35,124 nt of DNA from a virus. Taxonomy: Duplodnaviria; Heunggongvirae; Uroviricota; Caudoviricetes. Positions 26,372-35,124 of the stretch are shown piece by piece. Below the pieces are notes generated by a model that worked only from the letters and a program-made list of their open reading frames with translations, did no database searches and was not told the origin of the DNA. Position 1 is the stretch's first letter. Each line of letters opens with the position of its first letter. The stretch is from the IMG/VR virus record IMGVR_UViG_2690316269_000012. One strand, written 5' to 3'. The position numbers were made by a program, and so were the translations under genes.

Positions 26372-29215
26372 TCAATCTTTATCGTAAAAACTGCCACGCC
26401 CGGCACGGGCGCGCCGTTCCATTTCTGCCCTGACCATTTCACCGACCAGTTTCGCCAGTTCGCGGGGATTCTGCGTAACAACGTTATGCAGATGAACATG
26501 AATTTCACCGCCAAATCTGGAGACAGCAGGCTCCCGATTACGGGAAGCTGCAGGAACTGATGCCACTGGCGATCGTATGGCCTCCGCCACCGGGCGGGAG
26601 CTGGCCGCAACAACAGGGACCAGCGCCGGAGGCAGCGGAGCCGGGACTACGGGTGTGATATTAATTGCGGGGGCAGGCTTACTGACCTGCGCAATCTTCC
26701 GCTCCTGCCACTCCCCACGAACAGCAAGTGCGCGGGGCAGGTTCTTAAAGACAATATCGCCAGGGCCAATGCGTTTTTTCGTCTCATCAACCAGCTTACC
26801 TGTGTTATCAGCAATTTTGCTGAGTCTGCGTAGCGTCCCGGTATTGCTGTCTGTGAGCGGTTTGTTGTCTTTGGGTTTATCACCTCCGGTGCCATTGCCA
26901 TTTTCCACAGGCTTCGGCGGATTGATTTTCGCCAGGTCCCCCTGAAGTAAGGCAACCTTATCCTGAAGAATGGCCGCACGCTGTGCGTCTTCGATTTTCT
27001 TGCGCGCCCTTTCCGCTTCATCCGGAAGGACGCCAAGTTTTTCAAGTATCCACGCCAGCGTATCCAGTAGCATTTTTGCAGGTGTCAGAACAAGTTGTAA
27101 CGCACCGCCAAGAACGTTACCGAATATCTCGCCAGCACTGGTACATTTATCCAGCGTTTCCTTGCTGGACTCCATCGGTGACAGCAGCGATTTAAACCAG
27201 TTAAACACCTGGCTGATCCCGCTTCCGATTGCGTCAAAAACAGGGCCAAACCGTTCAAAGGTTTCACGCAACGGGTTCAGCCTTTCCATAATCCCGCTGA
27301 ACACCCCGGCAAAAAATGCCCTGATGGGATCCCAGTATTTCCAGATAAGGACGGCAGCTCCGGCAAGCGCAGCCACGATAAGACCAACCGGACTGAACAG
27401 CGCCCCGATAGCGCCTCCCAGTAAAGAAACGGAACCCGTCACCATTCCCCATAGTGCTGGCAGGACCCTGACAGCATTCATTGATCCGGTCAGGAGAGAA
27501 AAACCAAGACGCAGTTTTGCCAGCGGACCAGCAAGCACACCAATAGCCAGCGACAACGAGCCAACCGTTGCAGTCATTGCCAGCAACGCACCGCCTGCTA
27601 TCAGTAGCTGGCGCGTCAGTGCCGGATGGGCCTGCGCCAGCGCCGTCACCCTTGATACCACCCGCGTGAGCCACTGCGTGACAGAACGCAGCGGACCGTC
27701 AATCAGATCTGCAATGCGGATGCGCAACCCTTCCCATGCACTGCCGAGTGATTTCAGATCGCCGTCAAGGTTGTTGGCCATAACCTTTGCTGTGCGTTCA
27801 GCCTCACCGCGCGCGCCTTCAAGTTCTTTTCTCAGTTTGGGTAAGGAACCGTCACCCACTGCATCAACGAGCGCCATAAACGATGTGAAAGCCTCTTCTC
27901 CGGCAATGTCCTTAAAGAACGATACCCGGTCAACTTCCCCGTATTTGCGGGTGGCTTTATAAAGGTCGGCCAGCACATCCTCCATCGGGCGCATTTTACC
28001 CCCGGCATCCGAGACGGACACGCCCAGCTCTTTCAGAGCTTCTGCCGCCGCCTTTGGCGGTGATGCCAGACGAGCCAGGCTGGCACGCATTGCCGTCCCG
28101 GCATCACTCCCTCTGATGCCCATATTCGCCAGCACACCAGCCATCGCTGCGGCCTGCTCCAGCGATATTCCCAGCTTACCCGCCACCGGACCTGCATATT
28201 TCATGGTTTCGCCCAGTGCGCGAAGGTCAGTGTTGGTACGGGTAAACGCTGCGGTGAGTGTGTCACCGACCCGGTCCATCTGGTCAGCAGAAAGGCCGAA
28301 CTGCGTCAGGATATTTGAGCCAATATCTGCCGTCTCGCCGAGATCCATACCGCCAGCCGTTGCCATGCTCAGCACTCCGGGAAGCGCAGCCTGAATGGCC
28401 TGCGGTGTGAAGCCTGCCATTGCAAGAAATGCCTGCCCACTGGCGGCATCGCCTGCGGTGAACTGCGTTTCAGAGCCAAGTTTTAACGCCTGCTCACGCA
28501 GCGCCTTAAACTGCGGGCTGTTCTGGTCGATTCGCGTCAGCGCCTGAACGCGGGACATCTCTTTGCCGAACCCGATCGCGGGCTGCAAAAAACGCCCGGC
28601 AGCATAGCCGCCCGCCGCTGCCGCACCAATTGCCAGCGCACCACCTGTTTTCAGTTTTCCCGCGGTTTCCTGCGCGCGCGAATACCACTCACGCGCCCGC
28701 GTTACACGCGCAAGCGCCTGCCGTTCGCGTTCAAGCTGGTTGTTGTACTGTTCGGTGCGTCTGATGGCCTGCTGGATGGTGTTATCGCTGCCTGTCAGGG
28801 AAATGCCGTGGCGTTTCAGCTCTCCGCCAAGCTCCCGCATTTTCTGAATTTCCCGTGTGCGCGATTCATTCAGGCGTTCAAGCCGGGTGCTTAACTGCTG
28901 CATCAGCTTTTGTTGTTTTTCGCTGAGCACTGTACCCGTGCGTTGTAACTGATTAAGGGCGTTAAGCTGGCGTCGTGCTTTCACGATACCCGCATCCGCT
29001 TTACTGACAGCGTCGCGGGCGCGCTCAAATGAACGAGCCTGACGCTCGAGATTTTTAATCGCCCCCTGCGTTCGCTGGATGGAGTCACCAAACTGCCCCA
29101 TCAGGCGGCGGGCGTTTTCGGCAGGCCGGGTCAGCCTGTCAACGGCGCTGAAAGCGACCCGGATATCAAGAGTCTTCATTGTCTGCATTCCCGCTGCGAA
29201 GTGCCGCCCGCTCAC
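26372..29215 (-). CDS. T: tail tape measure protein T
   Basis: 947 aa; long, coiled-coil N-terminus and hydrophobic/Gly-Ala-rich central region; position. Confidence 0.9.
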   Translation of the reverse strand: MSGRHFAAGMQTMKTLDIRVAFSAVDRLTRPAENARRLMGQFGDSIQRTQGAIKNLERQARSFERARDAVSKADAGIVKARRQLNALNQLQRTGTVLSEKQQKLMQQLSTRLERLNESRTREIQKMRELGGELKRHGISLTGSDNTIQQAIRRTEQYNNQLERERQALARVTRAREWYSRAQETAGKLKTGGALAIGAAAAGGYAAGRFLQPAIGFGKEMSRVQALTRIDQNSPQFKALREQALKLGSETQFTAGDAASGQAFLAMAGFTPQAIQAALPGVLSMATAGGMDLGETADIGSNILTQFGLSADQMDRVGDTLTAAFTRTNTDLRALGETMKYAGPVAGKLGISLEQAAAMAGVLANMGIRGSDAGTAMRASLARLASPPKAAAEALKELGVSVSDAGGKMRPMEDVLADLYKATRKYGEVDRVSFFKDIAGEEAFTSFMALVDAVGDGSLPKLRKELEGARGEAERTAKVMANNLDGDLKSLGSAWEGLRIRIADLIDGPLRSVTQWLTRVVSRVTALAQAHPALTRQLLIAGGALLAMTATVGSLSLAIGVLAGPLAKLRLGFSLLTGSMNAVRVLPALWGMVTGSVSLLGGAIGALFSPVGLIVAALAGAAVLIWKYWDPIRAFFAGVFSGIMERLNPLRETFERFGPVFDAIGSGISQVFNWFKSLLSPMESSKETLDKCTSAGEIFGNVLGGALQLVLTPAKMLLDTLAWILEKLGVLPDEAERARKKIEDAQRAAILQDKVALLQGDLAKINPPKPVENGNGTGGDKPKDNKPLTDSNTGTLRRLSKIADNTGKLVDETKKRIGPGDIVFKNLPRALAVRGEWQERKIAQVSKPAPAINITPVVPAPLPPALVPVVAASSRPVAEAIRSPVASVPAASRNREPAVSRFGGEIHVHLHNVVTQNPRELAKLVGEMVRAEMERRARAGRGSFYDKD

Positions 29216-29695
29216 GCCAGCTAACCACTTCGCCGGGCGTCATCATGAAGATTTCGGCGGGCGACCAGTTAAAAATAACGGCAATATCTGCCACAAAGTC
29301 TTCTATGTGCTCAAAGCACACAACCGTGATCAGGCTTCCGTCGCCTGTTCGTTCTTCCCGCCAGAGTCCGCACCGCTCAAAAAATTTACGGCAACCACAC
29401 ATAACTGAATAAAGTCACGGGATGCCATTTTTTTGATCGTCACTTCATCCAGTCGCGGTGATGTCACGCGTGACAGCAGCGTAAACATGGATTCCGCTTT
29501 CAGATTCAGCACATCAGACAGCGACAAATCTCGCAAAGATCCAGCCTGCTCAATAGCCCCGGTGATCTCCACATACGTGATTTTTTCGCCGCCTCGCTCA
29601 ATTGGTTGGGTAAGTTTTACACCACGCTCACTGGTTTCTTTCACAGTGTCAGCAACTACCGTGTTTTCGGTATCGATGTTTTTCGTCTCTTTCAT
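29166..29695 (-). CDS. E+E': tail assembly chaperone E+E' (programmed -1 frameshift product)
   Basis: A -1 frame ORF (29166..29402) overlaps the 3' end of E and extends toward T; slippery heptamer T_TTT_TTG on the minus strand (complement of 29377..29383) lies in the overlap. Confidence 0.65.
29330..29695 (-). CDS. E: tail assembly chaperone E
   Basis: 121-aa ORF between FII and T; contains the slippery site near its 3' end. Confidence 0.8.
   Translation of the reverse strand: MKETKNIDTENTVVADTVKETSERGVKLTQPIERGGEKITYVEITGAIEQAGSLRDLSLSDVLNLKAESMFTLLSRVTSPRLDEVTIKKMASRDFIQLCVVAVNFLSGADSGGKNEQATEA
29377..29383 (-). other. slippery heptamer TTTTTTG for -1 ribosomal frameshift
   Basis: Codons AAT TTT TTG (N F L) of E in X_XXY_YYZ register. 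Confidence 0.65.
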
Positions 29696-29749
29696 CAGGA
29701 AACTCCTTTCAGTCAGAGGCGACGCACTGCGCCGCCTGCATATTACTTA

Positions 29750-30262
29750 TCAGCCAAGCCCGAGCGCGGAACGGATGCGATCGGGCACAATGTCCTTGCC
29801 GTCCTTCCGGTAAATGAAGTTCAGCAGGTCAATCTCCCACAACGGGCGATCGTTAACACTCAGCTTGTAGTAGGTGTTTTTAATGGCGTAAGTGTGTGAT
29901 GTGGCTTCGCCCTGTTTGGCTTCCCCCATATCAATTTCCGTCACACGTCCGCGCATTTCGACTTCATACAGGTCGCTTTCTGCATCGGTGTAATATTCAC
30001 CCGCAAAACGCAGCAGCGTGCCGTCAATCGTGCCGCCATACTTAAGGAACAGCTCACGAACTGCGCCCCCCATGACAAAGCTCGCATCAAGCGCGGAGTC
30101 GTCCAGACCGAGATCAATACTTACCGCACCCATCATGCCACCACCCCGGTAGCTGTCGGTTTTGCGCGTCAGCTTAGGCAGAGTGACGGACGTCACCTTA
30201 CCCACTTCGTTTTCACCATCCACAAACAGCGTAAAAAAGCGAAGATGTTTTGGTACAGCCAT
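29750..30262 (-). CDS. FII: tail tube protein FII
   Basis: 170 aa; size and position as P2 FII. Confidence 0.88.
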   Translation of the reverse strand: MAVPKHLRFFTLFVDGENEVGKVTSVTLPKLTRKTDSYRGGGMMGAVSIDLGLDDSALDASFVMGGAVRELFLKYGGTIDGTLLRFAGEYYTDAESDLYEVEMRGRVTEIDMGEAKQGEATSHTYAIKNTYYKLSVNDRPLWEIDLLNFIYRKDGKDIVPDRIRSALGLG

Positions 30263-31446
30263 CAGGCACCTCCCAGCACCGCAAATGCGGGTTCAAAGTA
30301 TTCATCAGTAAACGTCTGGTAAAGCTCCATGTCTTCCAGTGGCGGAACGGGCGTATATTTGTAGCGAATACGCACACGCCCCTGACGTAAATCCGTGGTG
30401 CTGTTATCCACCACGTCATACCAGCACTCCGCGCCAATCAGTTTCCCGGCAGTAACCAGCGAATCCAGTTTTGCCCTGATGGCACTGATAACATCCTTCA
30501 CGTTCGCAGGCGTCAGTGGACTGTCGATGGTTTCAAACTGCGCTTCCGCAATTGAATCAGCCAGCACCTGTGCGGTTCGGGTATACACCTCAAAGATGTA
30601 GGCGTTCGTTTCCGGTGTGCGGTTGCCCCAGAAGCGGAACCCGTTGCGACGAATAATGGTCGTGATTTCTTTGTTGTTGAGGCTGTTGGCATCACTGTCT
30701 TCGGCCTGCAACGACCAGAAAACATGCCTGGACATCCCCAGCACATTTTTAACAGGAACGTTGGACAGCGATTTGTGCCAGCCCTGCTCATGGTCAATGT
30801 ACGCACGAAGGCCGCACGCATAGGCAGGCGCGGGGAACGTTTCGTTTTTGCCACTTTTCGGGTTGTAGGCGATGAAGTCCGGCCATAAGAGCATCACCTC
30901 ACGTTCGTTGAATTTCTGGCGGTAGGTAATTGCCTCAGCCATCGTGTTACAGTCATGACATGAGGCATACACAAACGCGCGCAGTTTACCCGCAATCACG
31001 CACAGGGATTTTGTCACCGCCTCCGTGTCCAGCTCCGGCGCGGCCAGAATACGCGGACGGTATCCGATGCTTTCATCCTGCTCTGCAACAAGCAGCGCAT
31101 ACATCCCCGTATAGCTGCCGTCAGATTCAGAACCACCGATAACCAGTTGATCCTGCGTCTTACCGCCTTCTTCTTTGTGTTCAGCCACGCGAACGACGAT
31201 CACTTTTGTGCTCACCTGGTCTGCAATAGCCTTAAGCGCACGATAAAGCGTCCCCGTAGTCCCGCATTTTCCCAGCACGTCATTGACGCGGGTCAGCAGT
31301 GTGGGCTTGTTCAGCGGGAACAGCTCCGCGTCCGCATCATCCGCCGTTGCCACGATACCGATAACACTGGAATCAACATCATTAATCGCTGTTACCAGGT
31401 CGGTACTTTCCGTAACACGGGCACCATGAAAACGAGTTTCACTCAT
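30262..31446 (-). CDS. FI: tail sheath protein FI
   Basis: 394 aa; N-terminal region (ATADDADAELFPLNKP...TLYRALKAIADQ) resembles P2 FI. Confidence 0.92.
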   Translation of the reverse strand: MSETRFHGARVTESTDLVTAINDVDSSVIGIVATADDADAELFPLNKPTLLTRVNDVLGKCGTTGTLYRALKAIADQVSTKVIVVRVAEHKEEGGKTQDQLVIGGSESDGSYTGMYALLVAEQDESIGYRPRILAAPELDTEAVTKSLCVIAGKLRAFVYASCHDCNTMAEAITYRQKFNEREVMLLWPDFIAYNPKSGKNETFPAPAYACGLRAYIDHEQGWHKSLSNVPVKNVLGMSRHVFWSLQAEDSDANSLNNKEITTIIRRNGFRFWGNRTPETNAYIFEVYTRTAQVLADSIAEAQFETIDSPLTPANVKDVISAIRAKLDSLVTAGKLIGAECWYDVVDNSTTDLRQGRVRIRYKYTPVPPLEDMELYQTFTDEYFEPAFAVLGGA

Positions 31447-31603
31447 AGCTTCAGCCCCTTGTATCCGTTAAATGATTCGGCAACAATCATCACCCACCAC
31501 GCGCGTAATCTCACCCCTGCGCCGTTCTCCCGCCACGGCGACAACAAAAAGCAGTAACCCCCTATGCACGCACATGCGACCATGCCGCACAGGGAGGGAA
31601 CAG

Positions 31604-32704
31604 ATGACCGATACCACCATGCAATTGCTCAGTCAGAGCACAGACCCCGTGAAAATGCCGGATTTTGATATTCTCGCGGAGGGGGAAACACTGTCCGGCG
31701 TGGCAGAGCGCCTGATGAGCCTGTCACTGACCGACAACCGGGGATTTGAAGCGGACCTGCTCACCATCACGCTGGATGATGCGGATGGTCAGTTGCAGCT
31801 ACCGCCACGGGGCGCGCGCCTGACGGTTCTCATTGGCTGGAAAGGAGAACCGCTGACAGAAAAAGGCACTTACATTGTTGATGAAATCGCTCACGAAGGA
31901 CCGCCGGACAGGCTGACTGTTTCAGCCAGAAGCGCAGATTTTCGGGATGAATTTAACGTTAAACGTGAGGTGTCCTGGCATGATGTGACCGTTGAGCGCG
32001 TGGTATCCGCCATCGCTCATCGGTACGGTCTGAAACCACAAATCAGCGAAATGCTGATGGATATTGAAATCGACCACGCCGACCAGACCGAAGAAAGCGA
32101 CATGTCCTTCCTTACGCGCATGGCGGAAATGCTGGGCGCAATCACTACGGTAAAAAGCAGTAATCTGTTATTCATCATGCCAGGCGGTGGCGTGAACGCA
32201 CAGGGCCAGCCGTTGCCATCGTTCGCCATCACGCGCAGCAGTGGCGATCGCCATCAGTTCCGCATTGCTGACCGCGAAGCGTATACGGGGGTACGTGCTT
32301 ACTGGCTTGATCTTAATTACGGGAAAAAGAAAAAAGTCAGCGTGAAACGCCGCAAACCGAAAAAGGAGAAAAGCAGCAGCCGTGAAGGTGACTATATGGA
32401 AGGTGCGGAAGGCAACGTGTTTGTGTTACGCAAGACTTATCAGAACGAGCAGGCAGCAAGACGTGCAGCGGCGGCAAAGTGGCAGCAGCTACAACGCGGA
32501 GCCGCATCATTCTCCATCACGCTGGCGCGTGGACGCGCAGAACTCTATCCCGAAATGCATGGCACGGTGACAGGCTTCAAAAGTGACATCGATAATCAGG
32601 ACTGGATTATTGCAAAAGCCGAGCACACCATTGATAACAGCGGCTTTACCACACAGCTTGAGCTTGAAGCAAAAATCCCGGAATGGATAGCAGAAACAGA
32701 ATGA
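31604..32704 (+). CDS. D: tail protein D (late gene D)
   Basis: 366 aa from ATG at 31604 with AGGGAGGG RBS; size and position as P2 D. Confidence 0.85.
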   Translation: MTDTTMQLLSQSTDPVKMPDFDILAEGETLSGVAERLMSLSLTDNRGFEADLLTITLDDADGQLQLPPRGARLTVLIGWKGEPLTEKGTYIVDEIAHEGPPDRLTVSARSADFRDEFNVKREVSWHDVTVERVVSAIAHRYGLKPQISEMLMDIEIDHADQTEESDMSFLTRMAEMLGAITTVKSSNLLFIMPGGGVNAQGQPLPSFAITRSSGDRHQFRIADREAYTGVRAYWLDLNYGKKKKVSVKRRKPKKEKSSSREGDYMEGAEGNVFVLRKTYQNEQAARRAAAAKWQQLQRGAASFSITLARGRAELYPEMHGTVTGFKSDIDNQDWIIAKAEHTIDNSGFTTQLELEAKIPEWIAETE

Positions 32705-33103
32705 GCAAATTAGATGTATTGACTCAAACCAGAACTGACACACTCACAGCACAGTGCCAGACCCAATCTGGCAGCCCGCTTTGTGCCTAGAGCAGGTGTT
32801 GCTTATGTAACAGTTAATCCACGGATAGTGGTCATGAATGCTGGTTGAAGTTGTATTGCCATGAGTGGTCAATTAGGGACTCACTTATTATCGCGTGCTC
32901 ACCATTGATGGGTAAGATCATGCATTTCGGCTACTGTACTTCGCGAATCCTCCGCACACAGGCAACACCTGATTTAAGAACAGAGGGAGATGATGACGCA
33001 AGGAAGATTTATTATCGTGCATGTGGCAGATGATCTTTTAGCTGCCGGAGTGATAAATTACACCTATTTTCGATAAGTGTTTTTGTTATAGAACATTAAT
33101 TTC

Positions 33104-34243
33104 GTGGGAAACAATAAAGTGAAATTAGGAAGAAATGATAAGTGCTGGTGTAATTCAGGACTTAAGTATAAAAAGTGCCATCTTGGTCGAGATCGTGAAA
33201 CTCCGGTATCCAAAGCCGAGGCACTGAAATTTTCAAAGTCTCTCTCGCAGAGAAAGGCATGTTATGCGCCAGCATCCATGCACGAAGATTGTGATAAACG
33301 CATCGTTCAGGCGCATACGATATCTAAGAGCAGTAGCCTTAAGGCGATCGCCGACTCCAGCAATCACGTCATGGGGGTGATAATGAACTTAGCAAGCCTG
33401 ATGAGAAACAACGGAAAATGGCTTCCCGAGAAGATCGGTATCAATCAGGCATCCACTTTTACAGGATTTTGTGCAGTTCATGACAGAATCTTATTTTCAT
33501 GCCTAGAGAACGAAAAATTTACAGGCACGGACGAGCAGTGCTTTGCCTTAATGTTTCGTTCATTGTCTAAAGAAATTTATGCCAAAGAAGGGGGAGTGCT
33601 ATCTTCTGATTTTGCTAAAAATGCCGATAAAGGAAAGCTACAAGTTGAACAGTATTATATTCAGAAATTAATCGACCAGCACCAAAGTGGCTTAAATGCA
33701 GCAATAATTGAATTAAATAATCTTAAAACTAGCCTCGACCGCATCCTACTTAGCAGGCAATTTTCAGAAATTGAAAGTGTTATCTTCACTTTTGCAGAGC
33801 CTTTACCAATTGTAGTTTCGTCAATTCTTTCACCGGAGAGGGATTTCGATGGGACCAAAATTCAGGATTTGAGCGATCTTACAGTGTCGGCGGAACAAGT
33901 ATGTTTCAATGCTTTTTCCTGCGGAGGTAAGGGATATGTAGTGTTCAGTTGGCTGAGAACTTCAACAATTATCAGACGTTTTATACGGACACTAATTAAG
34001 ATCCCAGCTAACAGGATGTTCAATACCCTTCTGTATTTTTTCTTCACAAAGGCCGAAAATACATATTCATCCCCTGAGTGGTGGGACAGGCTCAGTGATA
34101 AACAGCGAGAGAATATCGGCAACATGATTATGTCAGGGGTTGAATTTTTTGGCATACCTACATCACAGGTTGATCATTCCGTTGATTATAACGCCGCTGC
34201 ACTTGAAGAGATAACATGCAGCAACAACGAAATTTGCAGCTGA
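33104..34243 (+). CDS. SEC-C-motif protein with uncharacterised C-terminal domain (cargo)
   Basis: 379 aa (GTG at 33104, or in-frame GTG at 33119); N-terminal LGRNDKCWCNSGLKYKKCH matches the SecA-type SEC-C zinc motif; remainder unrecognised; AT-rich island between D and ogr. Confidence 0.6.
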   Translation: MGNNKVKLGRNDKCWCNSGLKYKKCHLGRDRETPVSKAEALKFSKSLSQRKACYAPASMHEDCDKRIVQAHTISKSSSLKAIADSSNHVMGVIMNLASLMRNNGKWLPEKIGINQASTFTGFCAVHDRILFSCLENEKFTGTDEQCFALMFRSLSKEIYAKEGGVLSSDFAKNADKGKLQVEQYYIQKLIDQHQSGLNAAIIELNNLKTSLDRILLSRQFSEIESVIFTFAEPLPIVVSSILSPERDFDGTKIQDLSDLTVSAEQVCFNAFSCGGKGYVVFSWLRTSTIIRRFIRTLIKIPANRMFNTLLYFFFTKAENTYSSPEWWDRLSDKQRENIGNMIMSGVEFFGIPTSQVDHSVDYNAAALEEITCSNNEICS

Positions 34244-34532
34244 ATGTTTACATGCTGTTAGAAAAAGCGGGCTGAACAATCATTTCGGGATTGTAACAGA
34301 TAAGATGGCACTGCCCGCTTGCTTCCCGATATGCACCTCAGCCAATAAACTTATGTAAGCAACCGATTTCCATTTATGCGGAGGTTATCAAAGTTGTTGG
34401 AGTTGCGAACTTCCGCTCTTCGCACAAAGCGTACCGCTAGGTTTGATTGTATTCTGGCTGCGCAAACTGTCAGTTGGAGTCTGAGCTATTACAACTTAGA
34501 ATAGCGGCAGCACCACGTTAAGGGAGGTCGCT

Positions 34533-34793
34533 ATGTTCCGTTGTCCGCTTTGTGGCGCATCTGCCCGAATCCGCACCAGTCGTCCGGAAAACGATTCAAA
34601 CACTGTGCGGCAAAAGTATTACCAGTGTAACAACCTGGAATGCGGCGTATGCTTCTCAACACTGGAAGCTTTCCATAAATTCACATCAAAACACGCCTCC
34701 GGCGTTCACTCTTCGGAAGGTATCCCGTGGCATGAGCTGCCAGCTTCACACAGGGGAAACAATCAGATGAGTTTGCCTTTACCTCAGAATTAA
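34533..34793 (+). CDS. ogr: zinc-finger late-gene transcriptional activator (Ogr/Delta family)
   Basis: 86 aa; MFRCPLCGASARIRTSR...YYQCNNLECG matches the Ogr C2-C2 zinc-finger pattern. Confidence 0.88.
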   Translation: MFRCPLCGASARIRTSRPENDSNTVRQKYYQCNNLECGVCFSTLEAFHKFTSKHASGVHSSEGIPWHELPASHRGNNQMSLPLPQN

Positions 34794-34983
34794 CAGGCAG
34801 AATTGCCGGAGTAACAAAAAAACGATAGATTACCCGCGGGTGCCTTTCGGCTGATGGTCGGAGGAATACCCGAAGGCCGGATGTGGAAAGGCCCCGGAAA
34901 ACATTTCTGTTTAACCGAGGCCCTAACATATCTACCTTAAGCAAGTGATAGGTTAGCGCCTCTCCAACAAAGGAGCAAGCGCT

Positions 34984-35124
34984 ATGTCGCAAAAATCGCT
35001 TACAGCCATCACGTTCTGCGTGACGGTAATCCTCATCATCTGGATGCTACACGGTTCGCTGTGTGAAATACGGATGAGCTTCTGGGGAGCGGAGTTTGCG
35101 GCGTTCTTACAGTGTAAGCAGTAA
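34984..35124 (+). CDS. Hok/Gef-family type I toxin-like small membrane protein
   Basis: 46 aa; N-terminal TM helix then SLCEIR...AEFAAFLQCK, matching the Hok-family signature; stop codon is the last three bases of the window. Confidence 0.5.
   Translation: MSQKSLTAITFCVTVILIIWMLHGSLCEIRMSFWGAEFAAFLQCKQ

Noticed and set aside
26577-27962. Plus-strand ORFs of 122 and 330 aa inside the tape measure gene
   Set aside because: Antisense to tape measure T; Ser/Ala/Pro-rich low-complexity translations
25861-31480. Inverted repeats at the junctions of the inverted tail block that could have mediated the inversion
   Set aside because: Only a short direct (not inverted) similarity (at(a/c)cgttaaat at about 25861 and 31462) was found, compatible with chance
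32845-33033. 62-aa ORF upstream of the SEC-C gene
   Set aside because: No convincing RBS and no recognisable features; more likely the regulatory region of the cargo gene
1-35124. CRISPR arrays, tRNA or rRNA genes, IS elements or transposases
   Set aside because: No regularly spaced short direct repeats with unique spacers, no tRNA-like cloverleaf candidates and no transposase-like ORFs were seen on reading the sequence and ORF track

Overview
The window is essentially one nearly complete P2-like (Peduovirus-type) temperate myovirus prophage of an enterobacterial host, running from the integrase (1..1002, minus strand) to the late activator ogr (34533..34793), followed by a hok/gef-like toxin ORF at the window edge. 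All calls rest on reading the supplied ORF translations and the DNA by eye, and on family resemblance recalled from memory; no database search or computation was run. Recognisable modules in order: lysogeny operon (repressor C, two cargo ORFs, int), switch region and early operon (RHH protein, Cox-like, small hypotheticals), rolling-circle initiator A, a ParM/ParR partition cassette, portal Q and terminase P (minus), head genes O N M L, X, lysis cassette, tail completion and baseplate R S V W J I, tail fibre H and G, then U-T-E/E'-FII-FI on the minus strand, then D and ogr. Against this conserved backbone sit several accessory islands, which are the candidates for a novel system: (1) an AT-rich insertion between D and ogr encoding a 379-aa SEC-C-motif protein with an unrecognised C-terminal domain; (2) two lysogen-expressed cargo genes between C and int; (3) the parMR cassette, a Cys/His-rich 89-aa ORF and a candidate antisense small RNA in the A-Q hotspot; (4) an AT-rich hexapeptide-repeat acetyltransferase after G; (5) a DUF1737/SASA-like esterase translationally coupled to the lysis cassette. 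The sheath-tube-tape-measure block is inverted relative to the canonical P2 order. Limits: attL lies outside the window, so att core repeats cannot be confirmed; cos could not be pinpointed; most start codons are inferred from RBS and overlap logic.
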